Made by a program: the position numbers and the translations under genes. A stretch of 64,000 nt of DNA from PVC group bacterium. Its GTDB lineage: Bacteria > Omnitrophota > Gorgyraeia > B26-G9. Below, one piece after another: positions 1-8,892 of the stretch. The notes beneath the pieces are model-generated. The model had not been told where the DNA came from. It did not search any database and saw only the letters and a program-made list of their open reading frames with translations. Location of the stretch: the NCBI GenBank assembly GCA_024231215.1, contig JAAEQR010000195.1:363724-427723 (forward strand), in the 5' to 3' direction. The stretch's first letter is position 1. Each line of letters opens with the position of its first letter.

Positions 1-2
1 TT

Positions 3-377
3 ATGGGAAATGATTGTGTGAGGAAAGGATTTGTTGTGAGGAAAACACGGAACTTATTTGAAGAAATTCCTAAGGAAATTCCGGAAGAAATATTTGAGAC
101 ATTGGTTGAAACCGGAGAGTTGAAAATGGAGCGCATTATTTCTTTAGGCCAGGTTACTCCGACAGGGAAGTGGCTTAAGCAGGAGCAGGATGAGTGGGTA
201 ATACTGCTCAAAGGAGGCGCAAAACTTTTATTTGAAGCAGAAAATCAGGTGATAGAGTTTGCCCCTGGAGATTGTCTTCATATCCCGGCTGATTGTCGTC
301 ATCGTGTAGAATGGACAGACCCGGTTCAAAAAACTGTGTGGCTGGCACTTCATTATAGTGATAAGCCGAAGATGTAA
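3..377 (+). CDS. cupin-domain protein (5' end may be cut by window edge)
   Basis: ORF with cupin-like His-containing strands (PGDCLHIPADCRHRVEW). Confidence 0.5.
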   Translation: MGNDCVRKGFVVRKTRNLFEEIPKEIPEEIFETLVETGELKMERIISLGQVTPTGKWLKQEQDEWVILLKGGAKLLFEAENQVIEFAPGDCLHIPADCRHRVEWTDPVQKTVWLALHYSDKPKM

Positions 378-457
378 TAAACTTGCACAAATCCCTTGCT
401 CGATATACAATAAATTAAATCATGTTTTTGCAGTCTTAGTATTGGTGAATACATATT

Positions 458-775
458 ATGAAAAAAGTTTGTTCCGGAAATTTTTTTGTTTATATGGTTG
501 AATGCTCTGATGGGACTTATTACACTGGATATACTAATGACCTTCCTAGGCGCATTAAAGCTCATAATGAAGGAAAGAGTGGGGCAAAGTATACCAGGGG
601 CAGAGGACCGGTAAAGCTGGTATGGCGGGAGAAATATAAAGAATTGAAATCAGCATTGAGAACAGAAAGAGCTATTAAAGGTTTGACTAGATTGCAGAAA
701 AAATTGTTGGTTGGGGGTAGGAGGTTGGATAAAGTATTGGCCCGGGCACAAAGATCACGGGGAAATACCCCGTAG
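458..775 (+). CDS. GIY-YIG nuclease family protein (UPF0213-like)
   Basis: FFVYMVECSDGTYYTGYTNDLPRRIKAHNEG...AKYTR motif typical of small GIY-YIG proteins. Confidence 0.75.
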   Translation: MKKVCSGNFFVYMVECSDGTYYTGYTNDLPRRIKAHNEGKSGAKYTRGRGPVKLVWREKYKELKSALRTERAIKGLTRLQKKLLVGGRRLDKVLARAQRSRGNTP

Positions 776-799
776 TGCCACGGGCATAAATTCCCGCAG

Positions 800-831
800 A
801 TAACTTAGCTTCACGTTGTTCGCTAAGTTAT
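800..831. promoter_or_regulatory. perfect 10-bp inverted repeat ATAACTTAGC-N12-GCTAAGTTAT between GIY-YIG gene and hydrolase gene
   Basis: read directly from sequence; no T-run, so operator or attenuator-like rather than a clear intrinsic terminator. Confidence 0.35.
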
Positions 832-853
832 GCGCTCATTTAGAAAGGTAATA

Positions 854-1717
854 ATGGGAAAAGTTAAATATGTTATTGTGGTATTTATTGTTTGTTTTTT
901 ATTTATAGGGTGTAGTGCAAAAGACGAGCCAAAAATCTTTGGTAATACAATGTCAAAGGATGGAGTGTCTATTGCTTATTCTGTGTACGGACAGGGGGAA
1001 GTAACCCTTGTTTTTATCCACGGGTGGAGTTGTGATAGCAGGTATTGGAATAAACAGATAGCTTATTTTTCAAAAAAATATAAAGTAGTTACTATTGATC
1101 TTGCTGGTCATGGCAATTCCGGATTAGGGAGAAAGACATATACTATGGCAGCATTTGGTCAGGATATTGCCGCTGTGTTACAGAAAATAGATGCAAAGAA
1201 TGTTGTGTTAGCCGGGCATTCTATGGGGGGAGGAGTTATCCTTCATGCAGCAACAATTGCTCCGGAGAGAATAATAGGGTTAATCGGGGTAGATACTCTA
1301 CAAGATATGGGCAGAAGGGCGACTGAAGAAGAAAAACGAGGATTTTATGATCCGCTGGCGGCTGATTTTAAAAATAATGTAAAAAATATGGTTAGAACAA
1401 TGTTTCTTGAAAATGCAGATAAGGAGCTTATTAAAACTGTTGCGCTTGATATGTCATCAGCACCAGAGGCGGTTGCTTTAAGCGCGCTGGATGAGTATCT
1501 GAAAATGTTTGATGCGGAATTAGTTAAGAACATAGATGTTCCGATTAAATGTGTTAATGCTGATCTTTGGTCGACAAATGTCGAAAGAAATAAACGATTG
1601 GTACCTTCATACGAAATGGCGCTGATGAAAGGGTATGGGCATTTTATTATGCTAGAGGCTCCGGATGAATTTAATGAACTGTTGGGCAAAATGATGATTA
1701 AGATACTGAATAAGTAA
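854..1717 (+). CDS. alpha/beta-hydrolase fold lipoprotein
   Basis: lipoprotein signal (FLFIGCSAK), HGWSCDSRYW and GHSMGG nucleophile-elbow motifs; start moved to ATG 854 after AAAGG. Confidence 0.75.
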   Translation: MGKVKYVIVVFIVCFLFIGCSAKDEPKIFGNTMSKDGVSIAYSVYGQGEVTLVFIHGWSCDSRYWNKQIAYFSKKYKVVTIDLAGHGNSGLGRKTYTMAAFGQDIAAVLQKIDAKNVVLAGHSMGGGVILHAATIAPERIIGLIGVDTLQDMGRRATEEEKRGFYDPLAADFKNNVKNMVRTMFLENADKELIKTVALDMSSAPEAVALSALDEYLKMFDAELVKNIDVPIKCVNADLWSTNVERNKRLVPSYEMALMKGYGHFIMLEAPDEFNELLGKMMIKILNK

Positions 1718-1732
1718 TAATAAGGATATATT

Positions 1733-2479
1733 ATGAATGAAAGAACAGATGATACCTGGAGAGATTCTGAAAACGCGAAAAAATTTCTTAATGAGATTGC
1801 CGGAGCAATCCCGCTTGAAGCAGAACAACTTGATATAATGATGCGTCTTATTTCTGAACAAAGAAATGAGGTAAGATCAATACTTGATATTGGCTGTGGT
1901 AATGGGATATTGGCTTCAGTTATCCTTAATCAATATTCAAATGCAAGAGCTACTTTACTTGATTTTTCTGATACTATGCTTGATGCTGCCAAAGAAAAGC
2001 TTTCGTCTTATAAAGATCAGGTGAGATATGTAAAATCTGATTATGGGGATGAGGCTCTGGATAAAAAATTAGCTGATGAAAAAGCAAGTTTTGATGTAAT
2101 TGTTTCACGGTTTTCTATCCATCATCAGTCGGATGAACGTAAATATCAAGTCTATCAGGAAATATTTAATTTACTGGCTCCAAATGGAATTTTTATAAAT
2201 ATCGAACATGTTGCATCTAAGAGTAAATGGGTAAATAAGATATTTGAAAAATATATGATCGACTATATGTATGACTCGTATAATAAGAAAGGCAAAGTTA
2301 AAAGCAGAGATGAAATTGCTCAGGAGTTTCGCGGCCGACATGATAAAGATGCAAATGTTATAGCTTTGGCTGAAAAACAATGTGCCTGGCTTAGTGAGAT
2401 AGGTTTTGTTGATGTTGATTGCTATTTCAAAGTTTTTGAAATAGCAATATTCGGTGGAAGGCGCTTGAATAGATCGTAA
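1733..2479 (+). CDS. class I SAM-dependent methyltransferase
   Basis: ILDIGCGNGIL motif I, acidic motif II LLDFSD. Confidence 0.8.
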   Translation: MNERTDDTWRDSENAKKFLNEIAGAIPLEAEQLDIMMRLISEQRNEVRSILDIGCGNGILASVILNQYSNARATLLDFSDTMLDAAKEKLSSYKDQVRYVKSDYGDEALDKKLADEKASFDVIVSRFSIHHQSDERKYQVYQEIFNLLAPNGIFINIEHVASKSKWVNKIFEKYMIDYMYDSYNKKGKVKSRDEIAQEFRGRHDKDANVIALAEKQCAWLSEIGFVDVDCYFKVFEIAIFGGRRLNRS

Positions 2480-2504
2480 GAATGCAAGGTAGTTAATAGG
2501 CTTT

Positions 2505-2601
2505 TTACCATACAAAAGTAAGTTGCGTGCAGTTTGTATAGTAAGTTTTGTTTGACAAATGTTACCATACGTTATATGTTAATAATATATTTGTATGGTA
2601 A
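2505..2601. promoter_or_regulatory. two operator-like inverted repeats, each TTACCATAC-N22-GTAT(G/A)GTAA, over a TTGACA -35-like box
   Basis: IR1 2505-2513/2536-2544 (one mismatch); IR2 2562-2570/2593-2601 (perfect); TTGACA at 2552-2557; RBS AAGGAG 2606-2611 before ATG 2620. Confidence 0.5.
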
Positions 2602-2619
2602 TATTAAGGAGATCGTAGA

Positions 2620-2937
2620 ATGGCAATTAAAGCTGTTTTAAGGGAGGAGTTGAATAATTCTTTGCGTATTAAGAAAAAATACGAAGAAGAACTAAGCAAG
2701 CTCCCACTAGGAAGTCTGATCAAGAAAAAAATCAAGAAGTATGAATATTATTACATAGTTCTAAGGCAAAAAGGCAAAGTAAAATTTATCTATAAAGGTA
2801 AAAAAATTACCCCCAAAATTATTAAGCAATATAATGACGCAAAACAGTTAAGGGCAAAATATCGTAATCTATTATCAAAAGTAAAAAAACAAATCAAATT
2901 TTTAAGGAGCTCATTGCGTGGAAAAGAAGCCATCTGA
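2620..2937 (+). CDS. small lysine-rich hypothetical protein (105 aa)
   Basis: ORF with strong RBS; KKKIKKYEYYYIVLRQKGKVKFIYKGKK; no family recognised. Confidence 0.55.
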   Translation: MAIKAVLREELNNSLRIKKKYEEELSKLPLGSLIKKKIKKYEYYYIVLRQKGKVKFIYKGKKITPKIIKQYNDAKQLRAKYRNLLSKVKKQIKFLRSSLRGKEAI

Positions 2938-3107
2938 TTTTTGCCAAGAAGTATTAAATAGGTTTTATAACGAAGGAATGCTTCGAGATGTATTCCTTAA
3001 AGGTTAGAATTTTAAGAGTAAATAGCTAACTATATTGAATTATGGGAGAAATATGAAAAAGATTTGGATAAATGAGAAAGTTTATAAGTTGTGGAGAAAA
3101 TTGACAA

Positions 3108-4109
3108 ATGTTTAAGAATATTTTAATTATTGGCCATTCTAATATAGGCGATGTTATTTATGATTTAGCGGTGATAACACCGTTGCATAAGGCATACCCT
3201 AAGGCGCAAATTTCTTTCTTTGTATCCTATCGCTGTCAAGATATTGTGAGCGGTTATGAAGGCATCAATAGAATTATTATTTTTGACAGGCACGGCAAAC
3301 ATAAAGGTTTTTTAAATCGTTTACGATTTACTGCAGATTTACGAAAGGAAAAATTTGACCTTGTCATTGTTCTCAGTAGCTCTCTAAATCATATATTTAT
3401 GGGCGTTCCTAATGTCTGGTGCGCCAGGAGACAGGCGTCCAAAAAATATAGTCATCCCGTTGATAAGTATATCGATCTTTTACATTTTCACGGAGTAAAT
3501 ACTGAGGATTTTTCTTTTAGGTTCAATCTAACGAAAGCTGATGACATTTTTTGGGAAGATTTTTCCAAAAAAAAGGGGATCCTTTCCAATGATACGCTGA
3601 TCGGAATTTTGCCACTTGCTGCATGGTCTCTTAAAAGCTGGCCGATAGAAAGATGGAATAAATTAGCAGAAATACTGAAAAACCAATATGGCATAAAGGT
3701 TTTGAATTTAGCGAAGATGCCCAATAGTGATTTGGGACGGCGTATCGCAAAAGAAATTTCTAAGGAGATCATTCCTGCTGATAAAACCAGCCTGTCTCAA
3801 GCAAAGGCTTTATTAAAGCGCTGCCAGTTATTTATCGGACCGGATTCTAGTCTGTTGCATTTATCAAGTTGCATGGGCGTTGAAACAGTTGGTTTATATG
3901 GCGCCACATCCAGTGAGTATTTTTATCCATACTTTCATCGCCATAATATTGTATTTCCTGAAAAAAAATTATCCTGCGTGCCATGTTATCCGGGCAAAAA
4001 ACCCGTTTGCTGTGCAAATGGAACAAAACGCAATTTTGGAGCGTGCATGGAAGAAATTTCAGTTGAAAGTGTTTTAGATGTTATTCAAGAAAAGTTGAAT
4101 TTGAAATAG
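3108..4109 (+). CDS. glycosyltransferase family 9 (ADP-heptose:LPS heptosyltransferase-like)
   Basis: N-terminal LIIGHSNIGDVIY... typical of GT9 heptosyltransferases; C-terminal GPDSSLLHLSSCMGVETVGLYG. Confidence 0.8.
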   Translation: MFKNILIIGHSNIGDVIYDLAVITPLHKAYPKAQISFFVSYRCQDIVSGYEGINRIIIFDRHGKHKGFLNRLRFTADLRKEKFDLVIVLSSSLNHIFMGVPNVWCARRQASKKYSHPVDKYIDLLHFHGVNTEDFSFRFNLTKADDIFWEDFSKKKGILSNDTLIGILPLAAWSLKSWPIERWNKLAEILKNQYGIKVLNLAKMPNSDLGRRIAKEISKEIIPADKTSLSQAKALLKRCQLFIGPDSSLLHLSSCMGVETVGLYGATSSEYFYPYFHRHNIVFPEKKLSCVPCYPGKKPVCCANGTKRNFGACMEEISVESVLDVIQEKLNLK

Positions 4110-4158
4110 TTTTTAAGGTAGTTGTTGAAAATAATGGAAAACAAATAAAGGAGTTATC

Positions 4159-4635
4159 ATGGCGGAAACATTGGGTAGCATGATTGACAAATTATCAATC
4201 AAATCAATAAGGGAGTTTTACATCAAGAAAATGGTGAGTTCTAAAAAAGGAAGTTTTTCAAAGGAACAGCTTCAGCAAAAACTTGATATTTTAAAAAAAC
4301 AAAAAAAAGCATTGCTCTTAGAGATTGAGCAGTTTATCGTTTGTATTCCTCAAAATGAAATGATTTTAAAAGATGAAAAATTAAAACTGTATAACAAGCC
4401 TCAGACAATGAATAGAATTGGAAAAATCAGTTCTTTATCACGAGGGATAGACGCCTTGACAAAGAAGAATCTTGAATTATGGCAGTTGGAGGATGAAGCA
4501 CGCAGAGAAGACGTTTCATTATCTTATATCGGTAAAGTAAAAAAGAAAATAGACGCTGCTAATCAGCAGCGAAACGATTTGATAGATAAAATTGATGAGC
4601 TTCTTGAAAAAAACAAAAAAAAGAAAAAGATGTAA
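4159..4635 (+). CDS. hypothetical coiled-coil protein with poly-Lys C-terminus
   Basis: ORF downstream of GT9 gene; no recognised motif. Confidence 0.5.
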   Translation: MAETLGSMIDKLSIKSIREFYIKKMVSSKKGSFSKEQLQQKLDILKKQKKALLLEIEQFIVCIPQNEMILKDEKLKLYNKPQTMNRIGKISSLSRGIDALTKKNLELWQLEDEARREDVSLSYIGKVKKKIDAANQQRNDLIDKIDELLEKNKKKKKM

Positions 4636-4956
4636 TGATTTTTAACCTCAGCAATTTGATGGTTTCGAGCCGCTTCTTTTTTGCCATTGAAGGTGTTTAG
4701 TGTTTTTTGATCGTTATATAGCTTCATGTTTTCGATGAGTCAGCTGGGATTCAAAAGTAAAAGGGGCCTTTTCTAAAAAGTTAATTTCTCAACTAACCCA
4801 ATAGAAAGTTTTACACCATTCCTCTTAACTGTTTTTAATCCTGAATTAACTTGATACACCGTTCGCTCTCGCTGGCACCCCAAGGGCAGGCATCGCCCCG
4901 ACTTCTACGAACTCCAATCTGTACATCCCGCCATTTTGTGCTACAATATACCCACT

Positions 4957-6099
4957 ATGAAAAAATTCTACATTAAAACTTACGGATGTCAGATGAATGC
5001 CCGGGATTCGGAACTGGTAGTAGGGATGCTGATAAAGCATGGCTATAAGCTGGTTGATGATTCAAAAAAAGCAGATATTATTCTGTTTAATACCTGTAGT
5101 GTACGCCAGCATGCGGAAGATCGGGTGTGGTCTGAGATTGGCTCATTGAAAAAACGAAAGAGGGCGCAAGGCAAAAAGCCGATTGTGTGTTTAATTGGCT
5201 GTATGGCCCAGAATTTTCAGAAGAAAGCGTTTGCTCGGTCTGAATTTATTGATCTGGTAGTTGGCCCAAATAATATTTCAGAATTGCCGGGATTGATCGA
5301 AACAGTATTAAAAAAACAAGGTAAGAGTCTTTCTGTCGGTAAGATTAAACGGGATAGCGGAGTTTATAATACCGAGTATATTGAAGATAAGTTGCATTGT
5401 AATGTAATTATCATGGAGGGGTGTAATAATTTTTGTTCTTATTGTATTGTTCCTTATGTAAGAGGTAGAGAGCGCAGTCGGCCTGCAAAAGATATACTTA
5501 ACGAAATAAAAAGGCTGGTTGCCAAAGGAGTTAAAGAAATCACGCTACTTGGTCAAAATGTGAATAGTTACAAATTCCAGATTTCAGATTCCAAATCCCA
5601 AATTGTTGAATTTATTGATTTAATAAAAATGGTGAATGATGTTGAAGGATTAAAGAGGTTTGGTTTTGTTACAGCTCATCCTAAAGATGCATCGGTAGAG
5701 ATGTTCAAGGCTATAGCTGCATTGGATAAATGTAAAAAGTCTTTACATTTGCCGGTACAGTCAGGCTCTGATAGAATACTAAAGTTGATGAATCGTAAGT
5801 ATACACGTAAGCATTATCTTGATTTGGTGAAAAAAGCTAGAGAAATTGTTCCCGGCATACGATTAACAACTGATGTTATGGTTGGGTTTCCGACAGAGAC
5901 AGATAAAAATTTTCAGGATACAGTTGATTTATTTGAAGATGTAAAGTTTGATGCGGCGTATGTTTTTAAATATTCTCCCCGGCCGCATACGAAAGCTTCA
6001 GATATGGAAGATGATGTGTCAATGCAAGTGAAAAAAGAAAGAAATCAGATCCTTCTAAAATTTCAGAAACAATTGCATAAAAAAAGGATAGATGGCTAA
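4957..6099 (+). CDS. miaB: MiaB/RimO-family radical SAM methylthiotransferase, apparently lacking C-terminal TRAM domain
   Basis: MTTase N-domain YIKTYGCQMN, radical SAM CNNFCSYCIVPY, MVGFPTET; ends about 25 aa after VKKERNQIL where TRAM would begin; start set to ATG 4957 (MKKFYIKTYGCQMN). Confidence 0.7.
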   Translation: MKKFYIKTYGCQMNARDSELVVGMLIKHGYKLVDDSKKADIILFNTCSVRQHAEDRVWSEIGSLKKRKRAQGKKPIVCLIGCMAQNFQKKAFARSEFIDLVVGPNNISELPGLIETVLKKQGKSLSVGKIKRDSGVYNTEYIEDKLHCNVIIMEGCNNFCSYCIVPYVRGRERSRPAKDILNEIKRLVAKGVKEITLLGQNVNSYKFQISDSKSQIVEFIDLIKMVNDVEGLKRFGFVTAHPKDASVEMFKAIAALDKCKKSLHLPVQSGSDRILKLMNRKYTRKHYLDLVKKAREIVPGIRLTTDVMVGFPTETDKNFQDTVDLFEDVKFDAAYVFKYSPRPHTKASDMEDDVSMQVKKERNQILLKFQKQLHKKRIDG

Positions 6100-6132
6100 T
6101 AGCTGATGGTCAATAGTTAATAAAAGATAAAT

Positions 6133-6906
6133 ATGAAAAATAGATTTAAAATTAATTTAATTGTGTTAGTGCTGTTATGTTTATTTTGTTCGAATGTATT
6201 TGCTTATACATTTAGCAGTAATGCGAGGGAAATCATAGCAGCTATATTACAAGGCCATTACCGGGATGCTTTGGATAAATGTTATGCTTTGGAGTATGAG
6301 GCAGCCGGGGTGGTAAAAGGGGAGGCTTTGTATTTGCAGGGGGCTTGTTTGATGCAGCGAAGTGATTATAAGGAAGCGCGTGATGCATTTAAACAGGCGT
6401 TGCCTTTTATAGAAGGAGATTTGGTTATAGAGGCTTATATGGGAATTGCCGATACATATTTTGAACAGTATACATTTAAAGATGCAATTAGTATTTATGA
6501 ACAATTGCTGGTGCAATATCAGGACAGCGATTATGAAGCGATGTTGTATTATAAAGTGGGCAAGGCACATCAGAAATTAAGTGAATGGGTAAAAGCAGAG
6601 CAGTACTTTGAAAAATTGAAAAAAAAGTTTCCCGATAGTTTTGAGAATGAATTAGTTGCACGGAATTCTACCGGAGGCAACTTTTTTACAATACAGGTAG
6701 GATCTTTTACGAATAAGCCTAATGCTCAGAAACTGCATAATGATTTAAAGAATAAAGGCTATGAAGTGTATATTACTGATTTGCAGATCAACGGGCATAA
6801 AGTGTATCGTGTGCGGGTCGGGAAATTTGTGTCGCGTATAGCGGCTGAATACGCCGAAAATCGTTTGCGTAATCAGGAAAGTCTCCCAACCCATATGTTT
6901 CCTTAA
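6133..6906 (+). CDS. secreted TPR-repeat / SPOR-domain protein
   Basis: signal peptide, TPR-like helices, C-terminal SPOR-like FTIQVGSFTNKPNAQKLHNDLKNKGYEVYITDLQINGHKVYRVRVGKF. Confidence 0.7.
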   Translation: MKNRFKINLIVLVLLCLFCSNVFAYTFSSNAREIIAAILQGHYRDALDKCYALEYEAAGVVKGEALYLQGACLMQRSDYKEARDAFKQALPFIEGDLVIEAYMGIADTYFEQYTFKDAISIYEQLLVQYQDSDYEAMLYYKVGKAHQKLSEWVKAEQYFEKLKKKFPDSFENELVARNSTGGNFFTIQVGSFTNKPNAQKLHNDLKNKGYEVYITDLQINGHKVYRVRVGKFVSRIAAEYAENRLRNQESLPTHMFP

Positions 6907-6991
6907 TGAATTGAAGATTGTATGTTGAATGTTGAGGATTGAAAATAGAAATAGATTTTTAATATAAAATCTGGGATATGGAATCTGGAAT

Positions 6992-7924
6992 ATGGAATTG
7001 AAAACTGATAGACCCTTAGTAGTTTTTATTGTTGGGCCTACGGCAAGCGGCAAGTCTGATGCTGCGGTATTATTAGCCGAAAAAATTAATGCAGAAATCA
7101 TCTCAGCTGATTCTATGCAGGTGTACTGGGGCATGGATATTTTAAGTGCCAAGCCTGCAGAAAAGCTGCGGGAAAGAGTACCACATTATCTTATTGATAT
7201 TTTAGAGACATTTGAAGGATACAGTGCTGCGTTGTTTCGCGAGCATGCCCTAACGCTAATCAAGGAAATTCATTCTCGAAATAAAATTCCGCTTATTGTG
7301 GGTGGTACCGGATTATATGTGCGTGCGCTTACCAAAGGTTTATTTGTGGATAAGGGTAGAGATTCTGTTCTCAGAGAAAAGCTGACCGAAGAGGCGATTG
7401 TAAATGGTAGTGAATGGCTGCATAATAAATTACAAGCAGTTGATCCTAAGTCTGCAGAAAAGATACACCCGAATAATCTACGTCGAGTTATCCGGGCTTT
7501 GGAAGCATTTGAAGTAAATAATACAGCTATTTCTGAATTGCAGACTCAAGTTGATGGATTGGATAAAGACTATAATCTCAAGATATTTGGAATCAACAGA
7601 GATCGTAAAGAATTATATCAAAGGATTGAACAGCGTGTAGATGCAATGTTTGATGCGGGGTTGGTAGAAGAAGTGAAAAGCTTAAGAGATGTCCCCCTAA
7701 ACCGGATTGCCGCTCAGGCATTGGGCATGAAGCAGATCGGGGCTTATTTAGACGGAGAAGCTACTTTGGAGGAAGCTAAAACTCAGCTTAAGCGAGATAC
7801 CCGTCGCTTTGCCAAACGTCAGCTTACCTGGTTTAGGCGTCAGGAACCGGATATCATCTGGATCGAAGCTAGAAAAAATGATTTGCCTAAAGATCTTGCT
7901 GCAAAAATCCATAAATATTTATAA
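6992..7924 (+). CDS. miaA: tRNA dimethylallyltransferase
   Basis: P-loop GPTASGKS, ISADSMQVY, conserved MiaA length. Confidence 0.9.
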   Translation: MELKTDRPLVVFIVGPTASGKSDAAVLLAEKINAEIISADSMQVYWGMDILSAKPAEKLRERVPHYLIDILETFEGYSAALFREHALTLIKEIHSRNKIPLIVGGTGLYVRALTKGLFVDKGRDSVLREKLTEEAIVNGSEWLHNKLQAVDPKSAEKIHPNNLRRVIRALEAFEVNNTAISELQTQVDGLDKDYNLKIFGINRDRKELYQRIEQRVDAMFDAGLVEEVKSLRDVPLNRIAAQALGMKQIGAYLDGEATLEEAKTQLKRDTRRFAKRQLTWFRRQEPDIIWIEARKNDLPKDLAAKIHKYL

Positions 7925-8040
7925 TCCTACCTACAAACTATCCTTAATAAAAACTCTCTGGGGTGATGTTCCTCCTATTGAAAAGTCGGCATATATTTTG
8001 AAAACAGGGGAGTTTTTAATTTTACGGGAGGATTTGTGCC

Positions 8041-8892
8041 TTATTGAGCAAGGGGTTTAGTTTTTGTCTGGATTTCATCAGAGAGTTTGCCGAGTTCTTT
8101 AAGCGATAGTTGCTCTCCTCGGATATTGGGTTTTATATTTAAGCTTTCCAGGATTGTTTTTAAATCTTCTTTTGTTAGGCATAGTCCGCCGCTGCCTGCC
8201 AAACTGTTTAATAATGTTTTTCTGCGCTGTGCAAATGCAGATTTTACTGTGCGGAAAAATGTTTTTTCACAAAGCACATCTATGGATGGTTTCTCGAGTA
8301 TATCTAATCGGACTAGAGCTGAGTCTACTTCCGGACGGGGATAGAATAGCTTTTTCGGGAATATTTCTAAAAGCTGAGGTTCTGTGTAAAATTGTAAAAG
8401 ACAGCTTAGCCTACCGTAATTTTTCTTCCCGGGAGGTGATACAATCCTTTGGGCGACTTCTTTTTGAATCGTAATAAGGATAGTTTGAATGTATTCTTTT
8501 TGTTCGATAAGCTTGATGAGAATAGGGGAGGTTATATAATAAGGCAGATTGCCGACCACGATTAACGGGGTATCTTTAAAAATTGTCTTCAAGTTGAATT
8601 CAAGAATATCAGCAAAGATTATTTCTGTGTTATTGAAAGGTTTTAATGTTTCAGTAAGAGGTTTTTTTAAAGACCGGTCTTTTTCCAATGCATAGAATTT
8701 TTCTGCTGTTTTTGCAAGTAAAACACTGAGATTTCCGATTCCGGCGCCGATTTCAAGTATATGATTTTTCTTTGATAGACCTGTATTATCGGCAATGAGT
8801 TGGAGTGATTCTTCATCGCTCAAGAAATTTTGTCCCAGTCTCTTTTTAGGGCGAAGCTTATGTTTAGCGAGAACGGCTTGCGGTTGGGACAT
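8041..8892 (-). CDS. rsmA: 16S rRNA (adenine1518/1519-N6)-dimethyltransferase
   Basis: LGQNFLSDEE and EIGAGIGNLS motifs. Confidence 0.9.
   Translation of the reverse strand: MSQPQAVLAKHKLRPKKRLGQNFLSDEESLQLIADNTGLSKKNHILEIGAGIGNLSVLLAKTAEKFYALEKDRSLKKPLTETLKPFNNTEIIFADILEFNLKTIFKDTPLIVVGNLPYYITSPILIKLIEQKEYIQTILITIQKEVAQRIVSPPGKKNYGRLSCLLQFYTEPQLLEIFPKKLFYPRPEVDSALVRLDILEKPSIDVLCEKTFFRTVKSAFAQRRKTLLNSLAGSGGLCLTKEDLKTILESLNIKPNIRGEQLSLKELGKLSDEIQTKTKPLAQ

Noticed and set aside
3053-3115. 20-codon mini-ORF (MKKIWINEKVYKLWRKLTNV) overlapping the heptosyltransferase start
   Set aside because: Too short, with no RBS. Could be an upstream ORF but there is nothing to support it.
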